Part shown: piece after piece, positions 1-10,015 of the stretch
Layout of the letters: each line of letters begins with the position of its first letter
How positions within the stretch are numbered: the stretch's first letter is position 1
Assembly (NCBI RefSeq): GCF_017302985.1
Contig: NZ_JAFIMU010000011.1
Span: forward strand, 1 to 61,685
Direction of reading: 5' to 3'
Origin: Corallococcus macrosporus
GTDB lineage: Bacteria; Myxococcota; Myxococcia; Myxococcales; Myxococcaceae
Length of the DNA stretch: 61,685 bases
Program-made: the position numbers and the translations under genes
The notes under the pieces: generated by a model
What the model was told of the DNA's origin: nothing
Databases searched by the model: none
The model's input: only the letters and a program-made list of their open reading frames with translations

Positions 1-2
1 CG

Positions 3-1331
3 GTGAGCCCAGGGCGTCCCGTCCCCAGCGGCCTCGCCGTGGCGCTGTTCGCCGGGGCGCTCGTGCCCGCCGCGCTCGCGGTGGCGAGCCCCGCCTTCGG
101 GTGGCTGGCGCTCGCGGTGGACGTGGCCGTGCTGCTCCTGTGCGCGGTGGACTTCGTGCGCGCGCCCCGCGCCCGCGACGTGGAGGCCCACCGCGAGGTG
201 GAGCCCATCCTCTCCTCCGGCGTGGACAACACCGTGCGCTGGGAGCTGCGTTCGCGCACGGACCGGCCCGTGCGCGGGGAACTGCGCGACGAGCCGCCCC
301 TGGACGTGGAGAGCCACGGCCACCGGCAGCCCTTCACGCTGGAGGCTTCGAACGCGTCCACGCGGCTGACGTACCGGGTGCGGCCTCCGGCTCGCGGCGA
401 CGCGCGCTTCGGCGACGTGAACCTGCGCCTGATGGGGCCCCTGGGGCTTTGCTCGCGGCAGGTGAAGCTGCCCGCGGCCCGCGACGTGAAGGTGTACCCG
501 GACCTGAGCGCCCTGTCGCGCGAGGCGCTGACGCTGGCGCGCGCGTCAGAGGCCGTGTCCGCGCGCACGCTGATCCGCAAGTCGGTGGAAGGCCGCGAGT
601 TCGAATCGCTGCGCGAGTACCGCCCCGGCGACGACTACCGCCACATCGACTGGAAGTCCTCCGCGCGCCATGGCCGTACGCTGGTGCGCACGTGGCAGCC
701 GGAGCGCAACCAGCCGGTGCTGCTCCTCCTGGACTGCGGCCGCCACATGGCGGGCCGGGTGCAGGGCCGCAGGAAGCTGGACCACGCGGTGGACGCGGCG
801 CTGCGGCTGGCGCGCGTGAGCCTGGACGCGGGGGACGTGGTGGGCGTGCTCGCCTTCGCCAGCGACGTGCGCGCCTTTCTGCCCCCGCGAAAAGGGGCGG
901 AGCACCTGCGCCTCATCACCGAGTCCCTCTACCGCGCGGAGGCCGGCCTGGAAGAGAGCGACTACGGCCGCGCGTTCGACTTCGCGTTCGCCCGCCAGAC
1001 GCGCCGCGCGCTGGTGGTCCTGTTCACCGACCTGGTGGACCCGGACGCGTCCGCCGCGCTCCTCACGCGGACGCTGGCCCTGCGCCCCCGGCACCTGCCT
1101 GTCGTCGCGTCGCTGCTGGACGAGGACCTGGAGGCCGCCGCCACCGACGTGCCCGGCGACGCCCCTTCCGCGTACGCACGGCAGGCCGCCTCCCGCATGG
1201 AGGCCGAGTACCGCCGCACCGCCACCACGCTGCGCGACGCGGGGGCGCTGGTGGTGCGCGCACCGGCGCGCGGCTTCGGCGCCGCTGCACTCAACGTGTA
1301 CCTGGACGTGAAGGCGCGCGGACGGCTCTGA
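3..1331 (+). CDS. DUF58 domain protein (vWA-like, MoxR-associated); 5' partial at window edge
   Basis: ORF 3..1331 runs off the window start. The 'EFESLREYRPGDDYRHIDWKSSAR' motif is typical of DUF58. Stop is TGA at 1329-1331. Confidence 0.8.
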   Translation: MSPGRPVPSGLAVALFAGALVPAALAVASPAFGWLALAVDVAVLLLCAVDFVRAPRARDVEAHREVEPILSSGVDNTVRWELRSRTDRPVRGELRDEPPLDVESHGHRQPFTLEASNASTRLTYRVRPPARGDARFGDVNLRLMGPLGLCSRQVKLPAARDVKVYPDLSALSREALTLARASEAVSARTLIRKSVEGREFESLREYRPGDDYRHIDWKSSARHGRTLVRTWQPERNQPVLLLLDCGRHMAGRVQGRRKLDHAVDAALRLARVSLDAGDVVGVLAFASDVRAFLPPRKGAEHLRLITESLYRAEAGLEESDYGRAFDFAFARQTRRALVVLFTDLVDPDASAALLTRTLALRPRHLPVVASLLDEDLEAAATDVPGDAPSAYARQAASRMEAEYRRTATTLRDAGALVVRAPARGFGAAALNVYLDVKARGRL

Positions 1332-1465
1332 GGAGTCCTGTCGCATTCGTCAAGCCCTTTGAGACATCCCCGCGCGTGCGCACGCGTGTGGCGTTTCGCC
1401 GAACGCCACGCTTGCCAATCGCGCGGAGGCCGAGTTTTCGGCCTCGGGGAGGACCCCCTTTACAG

Positions 1466-4294
1466 ATGCGGATCGCTGCCCAGAATGGCGCGCCTCAACT
1501 GTTCGCGCGCACGCGCGCACGCTCCAAACCGGACGGGAGGCGGGACTTGGCGGAGGTCGCGAGGGGTTTGAAGCTGGAAGTGGAAGCGGACGCCGCGGCC
1601 ATCGCGGCCCGTGCCGCGGAGGAGCTGGTGGAGGCGGGGCTGACGCCCTTCCACGAGCGGCTCCTGGCCGAGGAGCTTCTGGCGCGCAGCGGTGACACGC
1701 AGCAGCGGCTGGCCGGCGCGCTGGCCGAAGCGAAGGTGGACCTCAACCCCCACCAGGTCGAAGCGGCGATGTTCGCGCTGGACGCGCTGTCGCGCGGCGG
1801 CTGCATGCTCGCGGACGAGGTGGGCCTGGGGAAGACCATCGAGGCGGGCCTCGTCGTCGCCCAGCTCATGGCGGAGGGCAAGAACCGCATCCTCATCCTG
1901 GCCCCGGCGGTGCTGCGCGCACAGTGGGCCGCGGAGCTGCGCGAGAAGTTCGATCTGGACAGCGTCCTCGTCGACGGCCGCGACGTGAAGAAGCACAACA
2001 ACTGCTTCGACCAGCCCTTCCCCGTCATCTGCTCGCACCCGTTCGCCGCGAACCGCTCCGCGCTGGTGGCGGAGATCCCGTGGGACCTGGTCATCATCGA
2101 CGAGGCCCACCGCCTGCGGAACGCGCACCGCCCCAACAACAAGACGGGCCAGGCGCTGCGCGCGTCACTTGCCGGGCGCCCCAAGCTGCTGCTCACCGCC
2201 ACCCCGCTCCAGAACGACCTGATGGAGCTGTTCGGCCTGATGTCGCTCCTGGACGAGCAGATCCTGGGCCCCGAGCACGCCTTCCGCAGCCGCTACCGCG
2301 CCGACGAGGGCGGCGGCATGACGGAGGCCGCCGCGTGCGAGCTCAAGGAGCGGCTGGCCCCGGTGGTCCAGCGCACGCTGCGCCGCCAGGTGCGCGAGTA
2401 CGTCCGCTACACCAACCGCCGCAGCATCGTGGAGGACTTCCTCCCCTCCCCTGAAGAGCACGACCTCTACGAGAAGGTCAGCGAGTACCTGCAGCGCTCG
2501 GAGGCCGCGGCCATCGAGCCCGGCAAGAAGACGCTCCTGACGCTGTGCTACCGCAAGCTGCTGGCCTCCTCCACGTTCGCCATCGCGCCCACGCTGCGCC
2601 GGCTGTCGGAGAACCTGGAGAAGCGTCTGGCGGCCGCGCGGCTGGGACAGCAGGCCCTGGCGCTCTTCGAACCGGAAGAGGCCAAGCAGTTCGTGGAGGA
2701 AGGCGAGGAGTGGTCCGACGACCCCTCCAAGGCGCCGCAGGTCCGCACGCTGGAGCAGGAGGTCTGGGAGCTGCGCCAGTACGCGGACCTCGCGGATTCC
2801 ATCCGCACCAACGCCAAGGGTGAGGCGCTCAAGCGCGCCCTGGACCGCACCTTCGCGGTGATGCGCACGCACTCCTGGCCGGAGAAGGCGCTCATCTTCA
2901 CGGAGTCCAAGCGCACGCAGCAGTACCTCTTCAACCTGCTGTCGGAGCACGGCTACAAGGGCAAGATCTCCCTCCTGTCCGGCGACGTCGGCGGCACGCC
3001 CGAAGAGCGCAAGGCGCTGGTGGACGAGTTCCGCAACAAGACGCAGATCCTCATCTGCACGGAAGCGGGCGCGGAGGGGCTCAACCTCCAGTTCTGCAAC
3101 CTGGTGGTGAACTACGACCTGCCGTGGAACCCGCAGCGCGTGGAGCAGCGCATCGGCCGGTGCCACCGCTACGGCCAGCAGCGCGACGTGCTGGTGCTCA
3201 ACTTCCTCAACCGGCAGAACGCGGCGGACGCGCGCCTCTTCGAACTGCTGGAGAAGAAGCTCAACCTCTTCGACGGCGTGTTCGGCGCGTCCGACGAAAT
3301 CCTGGGCGCGCTGGAGAGCGGCGTCGACTTCGAGCGGCGCGTGCTGGACATCTACCAGTCCTGCCGCGACCCGAAGGACATCAACGCCGCCTTCGACAAG
3401 CTGCGCGAGGAGCTGGAGGGCACCATCAGCCAGCGCATGACGTCCATGCGCTCGGTGGTGCTGGAGCGCTTCGACGGCGACGTGCGCCGCCGGCTGCGCG
3501 TGGCGGGAGACGCGGCCAAGGAGGTCGTGGCCAAGCGCCAGCAGGAGGCGAAGGCGCTCACCGCCTCCGTGCTGGGCAGCCGCACCTCCGGACGGCTCCA
3601 GGTGGCCAAGGCCGCCTACGCGGTGCGCGACCGCACCCAGGACACCGTCAGCTACCTGCAGTTGGACGCGGCGGGCCTTCCCTCACGGCTGGCGCGGCTG
3701 GCCGGCAGCGAGGGCTGGTGGTTCGTCTACAAGTTCGAGACCACCGGCCTGAAGCCGGAGGAGAAGCTGGTCCACCTGGTGCTGGTGAAGGACCGGGACG
3801 GCGGCTTCCGCGCCCTGCCGCTGACGGACGGTGTCCACTTCACGAAGCTCGACGCCAAGGAAGAGAAGCGGCGGCAGCCCGCGCCGGTGTCGGTCCAGCT
3901 CATGCAAGAGCAGTCGCTCATGACCGCCAAGGATGAGCTGATTCGGGCCGCGGAACGGCGCAACGCGTTGGAGCTGGACAAGGCCAAGGAGCGCGCGGAC
4001 CGCTACGTCGAGGACTGCCTGATGGAGTCGCGCGAGGTGGTGGAGGCCGCCCGCCAGGCGTGGTTCGACGCGCGCAAGGACGTCTCCGGCATCGAGGACG
4101 TCGCGGAGCGCGCGAAGGCCCGGGCGCACGCGGACCGCCTGGAGCGCGACTACCGCCGCAAGCTGGCGTCGCTGCGCAACGAGGAGGAGAAGCGCTACGC
4201 CTCCAAGGACCGGCAGCTGGCGGAGCTGGCCAACAAGGGGCGCGTGACGGAGAAGCGCACCCTCATCGCCTCCGCGTACTTCTGGCTGTCCTGA
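1466..4294 (+). CDS. SNF2/Swi2 family DEAD/H helicase with long C-terminal coiled-coil extension
   Basis: In-frame ATG at 1466 inside the long ORF 101..4294; the upstream part of that ORF is an off-frame overlap of the DUF58 gene. Motifs: 'DEVGLGKTIEAG' (Walker A), 'LVIIDEAHRLRN' (DEAH box), helicase-C 'LICTEAGAEGLNLQFCNLVVNYDLPWNPQRVEQRIGRCHRYGQ'. The last ~200 aa are Glu/Arg/Lys-rich and predicted coiled-coil. Confidence 0.85.
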   Translation: MRIAAQNGAPQLFARTRARSKPDGRRDLAEVARGLKLEVEADAAAIAARAAEELVEAGLTPFHERLLAEELLARSGDTQQRLAGALAEAKVDLNPHQVEAAMFALDALSRGGCMLADEVGLGKTIEAGLVVAQLMAEGKNRILILAPAVLRAQWAAELREKFDLDSVLVDGRDVKKHNNCFDQPFPVICSHPFAANRSALVAEIPWDLVIIDEAHRLRNAHRPNNKTGQALRASLAGRPKLLLTATPLQNDLMELFGLMSLLDEQILGPEHAFRSRYRADEGGGMTEAAACELKERLAPVVQRTLRRQVREYVRYTNRRSIVEDFLPSPEEHDLYEKVSEYLQRSEAAAIEPGKKTLLTLCYRKLLASSTFAIAPTLRRLSENLEKRLAAARLGQQALALFEPEEAKQFVEEGEEWSDDPSKAPQVRTLEQEVWELRQYADLADSIRTNAKGEALKRALDRTFAVMRTHSWPEKALIFTESKRTQQYLFNLLSEHGYKGKISLLSGDVGGTPEERKALVDEFRNKTQILICTEAGAEGLNLQFCNLVVNYDLPWNPQRVEQRIGRCHRYGQQRDVLVLNFLNRQNAADARLFELLEKKLNLFDGVFGASDEILGALESGVDFERRVLDIYQSCRDPKDINAAFDKLREELEGTISQRMTSMRSVVLERFDGDVRRRLRVAGDAAKEVVAKRQQEAKALTASVLGSRTSGRLQVAKAAYAVRDRTQDTVSYLQLDAAGLPSRLARLAGSEGWWFVYKFETTGLKPEEKLVHLVLVKDRDGGFRALPLTDGVHFTKLDAKEEKRRQPAPVSVQLMQEQSLMTAKDELIRAAERRNALELDKAKERADRYVEDCLMESREVVEAARQAWFDARKDVSGIEDVAERAKARAHADRLERDYRRKLASLRNEEEKRYASKDRQLAELANKGRVTEKRTLIASAYFWLS

Positions 4295-4301
4295 GCCTCC
4301 G

Positions 4302-4634
4302 TTAGAGGGGCTTGAGCCGCACCCACGTCGCGCCCCAGCCTCCGTCCGACTCGGAGGCGGTCCGGAAGCTTTCGACTTCCGGCAGGCCCGGCAGCAGGGA
4401 CTGCACGGTGCGCCGCAGCGCGCCCGTCCCCTTGCCGTGGATGATGCGCACGTCCAGCACGCCCTTCTGGCGGCAGGCCCAGAGGTACTCGGTGACGAGT
4501 TCCCTCACCTCGCGAGGCTGGAAGAGATGCAGGTCGAGGTTTCCATCGACCGGAATTTCTACCGCCTCCAGCTCATCGGGCGGGGGCTCGGGCCCCTCCG
4601 GCGGCAGGGGCGGGAGTGGCTTTCGGCGTGACAC
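4302..4634 (-). CDS. Smr domain protein
   Basis: 'LDLHLFQPREVRELVTEYLWACRQKGVLDVRIIHGKGTGALRRTV' matches the Smr/MutS2 C-terminal nuclease-fold domain. GTG start at 4634. Confidence 0.7.
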   Translation of the reverse strand: MSRRKPLPPLPPEGPEPPPDELEAVEIPVDGNLDLHLFQPREVRELVTEYLWACRQKGVLDVRIIHGKGTGALRRTVQSLLPGLPEVESFRTASESDGGWGATWVRLKPL

Positions 4635-4878
4635 CGTAGCGGGCCTCCTCCTGGCGCTGCTTCTCCTCGGCCGCCAGACGCTGGCGCTCGCGCGCGAGCC
4701 GGAACTGTTCCTTGAGGCTGGTGATCTCCCCCTTGAGCGTGGAGATCTCCTCCTTCACCGCTGCGCGGGGGTGGGCATTCGCCTCGTCGACGTGGTTGCC
4801 CGCCCGCTTGCCTTCCGAGCCGGCACCACCGGCGGAGGTCATCTGCATCAGCAGGGCAGCCAGGGTCATCGCCATCAT
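4573..4878 (-). CDS. Hypothetical small protein (hydrophobic N-terminus + coiled-coil); questionable
   Basis: ORF sits between the DUF72 stop and the Smr start on the same strand and overlaps Smr by 62 nt. Signal-like 'MMAMTLAALLMQMTSAGGAG' followed by a heptad-like segment; low-complexity C-terminus. Confidence 0.2.
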   Translation of the reverse strand: MMAMTLAALLMQMTSAGGAGSEGKRAGNHVDEANAHPRAAVKEEISTLKGEITSLKEQFRLARERQRLAAEEKQRQEEARYGVTPKATPAPAAGGARAPAR

Positions 4879-4916
4879 GGACTTTCACGTAAGCAAGCGG
4901 CGTGCTCGCGCGCAAG

Positions 4917-5975
4917 TCATGTTGCGTGAGCAGCGCTTCGCTGGCCGCCCTCCTCCTTGTGTGACACGACGCGTTCCGCGAGCCGGACGGCGGACAAAGG
5001 AGCGCTGCCTTCCGCCTTGTTGTTGATGGTCACGAAGACGGGTCGCTCGCGCCGCACGGCGGCCATGCACACGCGGGCCAGCACGTCGCGGGTGCCCACG
5101 TCCTCGTCCACCAGCCGGTTGAAGGGCGCGTAGCGGGCGTAGGCCTCCTCGTAGCCGAGGTTCGGCGGCAGCATCCAGCGCACCACCACCGCGCGGGCCT
5201 CGAAGGCGCGCGTGAGCTTCGCCTGCCGCGCGACGGGCGGCATGTGGGCCCACACCGCGAGCACCGGGCTCACGCCCGTGTCCGCGAGCGCCTGCGCGAA
5301 GGCTTCCGTGAGCAGTTCCTCGTTGCGGACCTCCACCGCGTACAGCGGGCCTTTGGGCAGCGCGGAGAAGAACGCGTGCAGCCGCTCCACGAAGCGGCCC
5401 GCGCCGCCCAGCGCCGCGGGGTCCTGCGGCGGGAACTGGAAGACGAGCGGGCCGGCCTTGTCGCCCAGCCCCTCCAGGAACGGCGCCACCACGTGGTCCA
5501 CCGCGTAGGCCGCCTGGAGGAAGCGGTCGTTCACCTGCCCCCGGTGCGCGCCGTAGCGCTCGTGCACGGGGAAGCGCGCCAGCGTGCACGCCTCGTGGGC
5601 CTTCACGAGGAAGCGGAAGCCGTCCGGCACCTGCTGGGCGTACTCGGCGAAGGTGGTGGCGGGCACCGGCGCGTAGAACGTCCGGTCGATGCCCACCGTG
5701 CGCAGCACCGGGTGGTGCGCGTAGGCGGCCAGGCCCTCGCGCGCCAACTGGGTGGTGCTGGCCTCGTGGTCGTAGACGAGGCCGTTCCAGCCCGGGAAGG
5801 TCCACGACGACGTGCCCAGGTAGACGCCCCGGGGAAGCTGCTCGCCCAGCATGCGCAGGCTGTCGGACGGCTCCGCGGGCCCTACCGGCTGGGTCCGGCG
5901 CCGCGAGGACACGGGAGGCTCCTCCACCGCGCCGGTGAAGAGGTCGAACTGCGCGGGTCGTCGCGATGCGCTCAT
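4917..5975 (-). CDS. DUF72 (YecE/UPF0759) family protein
   Basis: 'VYLGTSSWTFPGW' signature and a TIM-barrel-like DUF72 pattern along the whole ORF. Confidence 0.8.
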   Translation of the reverse strand: MSASRRPAQFDLFTGAVEEPPVSSRRRTQPVGPAEPSDSLRMLGEQLPRGVYLGTSSWTFPGWNGLVYDHEASTTQLAREGLAAYAHHPVLRTVGIDRTFYAPVPATTFAEYAQQVPDGFRFLVKAHEACTLARFPVHERYGAHRGQVNDRFLQAAYAVDHVVAPFLEGLGDKAGPLVFQFPPQDPAALGGAGRFVERLHAFFSALPKGPLYAVEVRNEELLTEAFAQALADTGVSPVLAVWAHMPPVARQAKLTRAFEARAVVVRWMLPPNLGYEEAYARYAPFNRLVDEDVGTRDVLARVCMAAVRRERPVFVTINNKAEGSAPLSAVRLAERVVSHKEEGGQRSAAHAT

Positions 5976-6242
5976 GCGTTCAGCTCCTCTCCCAGCGAGG
6001 AAGAAACCAGGGTGGGACCCAGGCAGTAATCCCGGAGCCTGGCCGATGCAGCAGGTTGCCTGGAATCGGGACGACGTTCCAGGTTTCTGGCACGCCCTCC
6101 AGGCGGACGGGCACGCACGACCTGTCTCCCTGCTGACGCGGCGGTCTGTGATTGCCGTGTGTCCAAATGCAAACGCAATCGGAGCGCGGTAAGATAGTCA
6201 AACCGAGGATTTCAGCATCAAATCTGTAAAGCTTGACCGTGG

Positions 6243-7187
6243 TTGCAACGGCTGGGGGGCATCATGGACTGGTCGTTGACGGCATCCCTGCTCGCCGAGC
6301 GGGACACGCGCCCCATCGTGGTGATGGACCGGCGCGGGCGCATCGAGCTGGCGAACGGCGCTTTCACGTCGCTCTTGTGCCGGCCCCGTGAGGAATTGCT
6401 GGGGCGGCGATGGACGGAGGTCTGCTCGCCGCGCGAGCACGGCCGCGAGGTGGGACGCGCGCTGCGCGCCATCTTCACCAGCGCCGAGACCCGGCTGGAG
6501 ACGGAGGTGCTCACCCGCGACGGCGAGCGGCTGTCGGTGGAGCTGGACGTGGCCGCCGTGGGCCAGCCGCCGCTGCGGCTGGTGGCCATCATCACGCGAG
6601 CGTCGCCACGCCTCTCCGTCCCGGAGCGCGCCGCCAGCGTGGAGCCGGCCCACGCCTCTGGACCGCACCAGGACCTGAACTACGAAATCTCCACCGAGCT
6701 GGCGTCGTTCGGGACGCTCAAGGCGGTGTGGACCTCCGGGCACGCGCAGCAGGAGGAGATGGTGGGCCGGCCCTGCTTCGGCGCCTTCGCCCACCGGGAC
6801 GCGCCCTGCCTGGACTGCCCGCTGACGGCGACGTCCCCCACGTCCTGGCCCCACACCATCGTGCGGCAGGCCCCCGCGCACGGCGACGGCTACGAGGTCG
6901 TCACCGCCACGCCCACCGGCGCCGGCACCGCGCGCGTCAGCGTGCACACCATCGGAGACGCCACGCTCAGCGGCCTCTTCGAGGCGAAGGTGCGGCGCAT
7001 GGCGAGCGCGGCGCGGCTGTCGGAGCGGGAAGGCGATGTGTTGCGATATCTCGCGCTCGGCCGCTCGCCCGCGGACATCTCGACCGTGTTAGGGATTACC
7101 GAGCGCACCGTAAAATTCCATCAGGCGAACCTGCTCCGGAAGCTGGGAGCGGAGACGCGGTATGACCTGCTCCGCCTGTTCTTCTGA
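6243..7187 (+). CDS. PAS domain / LuxR-family HTH transcriptional regulator
   Basis: N-terminal PAS-like region ('IVVMDRRGRIELANGAFTSLL...'). C-terminal 'EREGDVLRYLALGRSPADISTVLGITERTVKFHQANLLRKLG' is a LuxR/GerE HTH. True start may be the ATG at 6264 (MDWSL). Confidence 0.75.
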   Translation: MQRLGGIMDWSLTASLLAERDTRPIVVMDRRGRIELANGAFTSLLCRPREELLGRRWTEVCSPREHGREVGRALRAIFTSAETRLETEVLTRDGERLSVELDVAAVGQPPLRLVAIITRASPRLSVPERAASVEPAHASGPHQDLNYEISTELASFGTLKAVWTSGHAQQEEMVGRPCFGAFAHRDAPCLDCPLTATSPTSWPHTIVRQAPAHGDGYEVVTATPTGAGTARVSVHTIGDATLSGLFEAKVRRMASAARLSEREGDVLRYLALGRSPADISTVLGITERTVKFHQANLLRKLGAETRYDLLRLFF

Positions 7188-7280
7188 CCAGGACCCCTTC
7201 CCTCCGGGACAGCTTTCTTAAAGCACGCATTGCGCCATGCTGGCGGTTCGACCCTGGAGTCCGGGGGTCGGGGGGGCCGT

Positions 7281-7347
7281 TGCCCATGGGCAGCGCCAGT
7301 CAAAGCCATACCATCAAAGACATACAGTCTGTCTGGACTTCCGTCCA
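7281..7347 (+). promoter_or_regulatory. Two palindromic candidate operator sites upstream of the che operon (TGCCCATGGGCA; TGGAC-TTCC-GTCCA)
   Basis: A perfect 12-bp palindrome at ~7281-7292 and a 5-bp inverted repeat at ~7334-7347, both in the 200-bp region before cheA. Confidence 0.3.
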
Positions 7348-7391
7348 AGGGCGACCTCTCCGTGGGTGAGACTCCGGGCTGGGACGACGTG

Positions 7392-9530
7392 ATGCGGGAG
7401 TTCCTCCTCGAGTCCCGCGAGCATGTGCAGAGCATCGAGGCGACGGTGCTGGAGCTGGAGGCGCAGCCGGGCTCGCAGCCGCTGCTGGCGCAGCTGTTCC
7501 GCAGCCTGCACACCGTGAAGGGCACCTGCGGCTTCCTGGGCTTCACCCGCCTGGAAGCGCTGATGCACGCCGCCGAGGAGCTGCTCGGGCTGGCGCGCGA
7601 CCGGCGCCTGGTGCTGGACCGCGAGCGCGTGTCCACGCTGCTGGCGCTGGCGGACGCGGCGCGCGCGGCGCTGGAGCACATCGAGGCCACCGGGCTGGAG
7701 CCCGCGGTGGACCACTCCGCGCTGCTCGCGCGCATGGCGGGCGCGGCGACCCCGAGCGCGCCGGTCGTGGTCTCCGAGCCCCTGACGCCTCCGGGCGCCC
7801 TGCCCTGGCGCGGCGCCGCCACCGGCGTGGACGCCAAGCTGCGCGTGGACGTGGCGCTGCTGGACCGGCTGATGAACCTGATGGGGGAGCTGGTGCTGGC
7901 GCGCAACCGCATCCTCCAGTGCGCCGCCTCGCCCACGCCGGGCGCGGACCTGATGACCGCGTCGCAGCGGCTGGACGTCATCACCACGCAGGTGCAGCAG
8001 GTGGTGATGAAGACGCGGCTCCAGCCGGTGGGCCAGGTGTGGAACCGCTTCCCCCGGCTGGTGCGCGAGCTGGCGCACGGGTGCGGCAAGCAGGTGCGGC
8101 TGCAGCTCCAGGGTGCGGACACGGAGCTGGACAAGACGCTGGTGGAGGCGCTGCATGATCCGCTCACCCACCTGCTGCGCAACGCCGTGGACCACGGCGT
8201 GGAGACGCCCGAGCAACGCCGCGAAGCGGGCAAGCCGCCCGTGGGGTGCGTGACGTTGAGCGCGTCGCACGAGGGCGGGCTCGTGCACCTGGGCATGTCC
8301 GACGACGGCGCGGGCATCGACGTGCAGCGCGTGCGGCAGGTCGCGGTGCAGCGGGGCCTGCTCACGGCCGACCAGGCGGCGCGGCTTCCGGACGCGGACG
8401 CGATGATGCTCATCTTCATGCCGGGCTTCAGCACCGCGGAGCGCGTCACGTCGCTGTCCGGCCGGGGTGTGGGCATGGACGTGGTGCGCACGCAGGTGGA
8501 GCGCATTGGCGGCACCGTGGAGGTGCACAGCCGGCCCGGTCAGGGCACGACGTTCACCCTGAAGATTCCCCTCACGCTGGCCATCATCCCGGCGCTGCTC
8601 GTGACGTGCCGGGGCGACCGCTACGCGCTGCCGCAGGCCTCCCTGCGGGAGGTGGTGTGGCTGGATCCGGCCCAGGCCCGCAGGGACATCACCCGCATCC
8701 AGGGCGCGTGCGTGCTCCGGCTGCGCGGAGAGCTGCTGCCGCTGGTGGTGCTGGCCTCCGAGCTGGGCGTGGGTCCCGCGACGCCGGACCTGGACGAGGG
8801 CGCCACCCTCGTCGTGTTGCAGGCCGGGGAGCGCACCTTCGGGCTGTGGGTGGACGCCATCCACGACACGGAGGAGATCGTCGTCAAGCCGCTGTGGAAG
8901 CACCTGAAGGGACTGGCCTGCTACGCGGGCGCGACGGTGCTGGGAGATGGGCGCGTGGCGCTCATCCTGGATGCCATGGGGCTGGGCCGCCGCGTGGGCA
9001 CCGTCGCCGAGACGCCGGCCCAGGTCGTCGTCCCCGAGGTCGTCCCGGAGGCGCCTGCTCCCGAGGACGCGCGCGAGCGGGTGCTGCTGTGCCGCACCGG
9101 CGCGGAGGGCCGGGTGGCCATCCCGCTGTCCCGCGTGGCCCGGCTGGAAGAGCTGCCCGCGTCGGACGTGGAGCGGCTGAGCGGAGGCATGGAGATGGCG
9201 CGCTATCACGGCCAGTTGCTGCCGCTGGTGCGCGTGGCCTCCGTGCTGGAGGCGAGGCCCGGCGCGACGGAGCGGCTCACGCAGGGGCTCCAGGTCGCGT
9301 TCGGCGAGTCGCTGTCCGTCGTCGTCGCCACGCACGCGGACACGCGCGTGGGGCTGGTGGTGGACGCCATCCTCGACGTCGCGGAGGTGGAGGTTTCACT
9401 CCAGCGCGAGACGCGCCGCCCGGGCGTGCTGGGGTCCATGGTGGTGCAGAGCCGGGCCACCGAGTTCCTGGACGTGGAGGGCACCGTGCGCGCCGTGCAC
9501 CCGGAGCTGCTGACAGGAGGTGCGCCGTGA
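7392..9530 (+). CDS. cheA: Chemotaxis histidine kinase CheA (Hpt, dimerization, HATPase_c, two CheW-like domains; no receiver)
   Basis: Hpt motif '[17 protein letters not shown]'; HATPase '[12 protein letters not shown]...[10 protein letters not shown]...GRGVGMDVV'; two CheW-like segments at the C-terminus. In-frame ATG at 7392 within ORF 7230..9530. Stop TGA at 9528-9530 overlaps the cheW GTG. Confidence 0.9.
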   Translation: MREFLLESREHVQSIEATVLELEAQPGSQPLLAQLFRSLHTVKGTCGFLGFTRLEALMHAAEELLGLARDRRLVLDRERVSTLLALADAARAALEHIEATGLEPAVDHSALLARMAGAATPSAPVVVSEPLTPPGALPWRGAATGVDAKLRVDVALLDRLMNLMGELVLARNRILQCAASPTPGADLMTASQRLDVITTQVQQVVMKTRLQPVGQVWNRFPRLVRELAHGCGKQVRLQLQGADTELDKTLVEALHDPLTHLLRNAVDHGVETPEQRREAGKPPVGCVTLSASHEGGLVHLGMSDDGAGIDVQRVRQVAVQRGLLTADQAARLPDADAMMLIFMPGFSTAERVTSLSGRGVGMDVVRTQVERIGGTVEVHSRPGQGTTFTLKIPLTLAIIPALLVTCRGDRYALPQASLREVVWLDPAQARRDITRIQGACVLRLRGELLPLVVLASELGVGPATPDLDEGATLVVLQAGERTFGLWVDAIHDTEEIVVKPLWKHLKGLACYAGATVLGDGRVALILDAMGLGRRVGTVAETPAQVVVPEVVPEAPAPEDARERVLLCRTGAEGRVAIPLSRVARLEELPASDVERLSGGMEMARYHGQLLPLVRVASVLEARPGATERLTQGLQVAFGESLSVVVATHADTRVGLVVDAILDVAEVEVSLQRETRRPGVLGSMVVQSRATEFLDVEGTVRAVHPELLTGGAP

Positions 9531-10015
9531 GCGCGTCCCGACAGATGTGCTCGTTCCTGGTGGGCGACCACCTGTTCGGCCTGGACATCGAACGCGTGCA
9601 GGAAATCCTCATGCCGCCTCCGCTCACGCGCGTGCCCGGCGCGCCCCCGGAGGTCGCGGGGCTGCTCAACCTGCGCGGGCAGATCGTCCCCGCCATCGAC
9701 CTGCGCCGCCGCCTGGACCTGCCCGACGGCAATGCCCCCTCGGACGCGCCCCACGTCGTCCTGCGCGGCGACGAGGGCGCGGTGAGCCTTCGCGTGGATG
9801 CCATTGGCGACATCCTCCCCTTCGAGCAGTCGGACCTGGCGCCCCTGCCGGACAACCTGCGCGGTTCACTGCGCTCGCTGCTCCTGGGCGTCCATGCGCT
9901 GCCGGACCGGCTGCTGCTCGTGTTGTCCGCGGACGCGGTGGTGAACGGGCTCGCGCCCGCGACCAGCGCCTCCGCCTCCCCTTCCTTCCCCGTGCTTCCC
10001 CAGGAGTCCCGCTGA
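9527..10015 (+). CDS. cheW: CheW coupling protein
   Basis: CheW fold '[54 protein letters not shown]'. GTG at 9527 overlaps the cheA stop (GTGA); alternative ATG at 9545. Stop TGA at 10013-10015 overlaps the next ATG (ATGA). Confidence 0.85.
   Translation: MSASRQMCSFLVGDHLFGLDIERVQEILMPPPLTRVPGAPPEVAGLLNLRGQIVPAIDLRRRLDLPDGNAPSDAPHVVLRGDEGAVSLRVDAIGDILPFEQSDLAPLPDNLRGSLRSLLLGVHALPDRLLLVLSADAVVNGLAPATSASASPSFPVLPQESR

Noticed and set aside
101-1465. The first 455 codons of the 1397-aa ORF (Arg/Ala/Gly-rich translation)
   Set aside because: Out-of-frame overlap with the DUF58 gene. The composition is typical of off-frame high-GC translation. The real helicase gene starts at the in-frame ATG at 1466.
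6080-6110. Possible sigma-54 promoter (TGGCACG...) upstream of the PAS-LuxR regulator
   Set aside because: The -24-like TGGCAC is present but no TTGC(A/T) element lies at the correct spacing.
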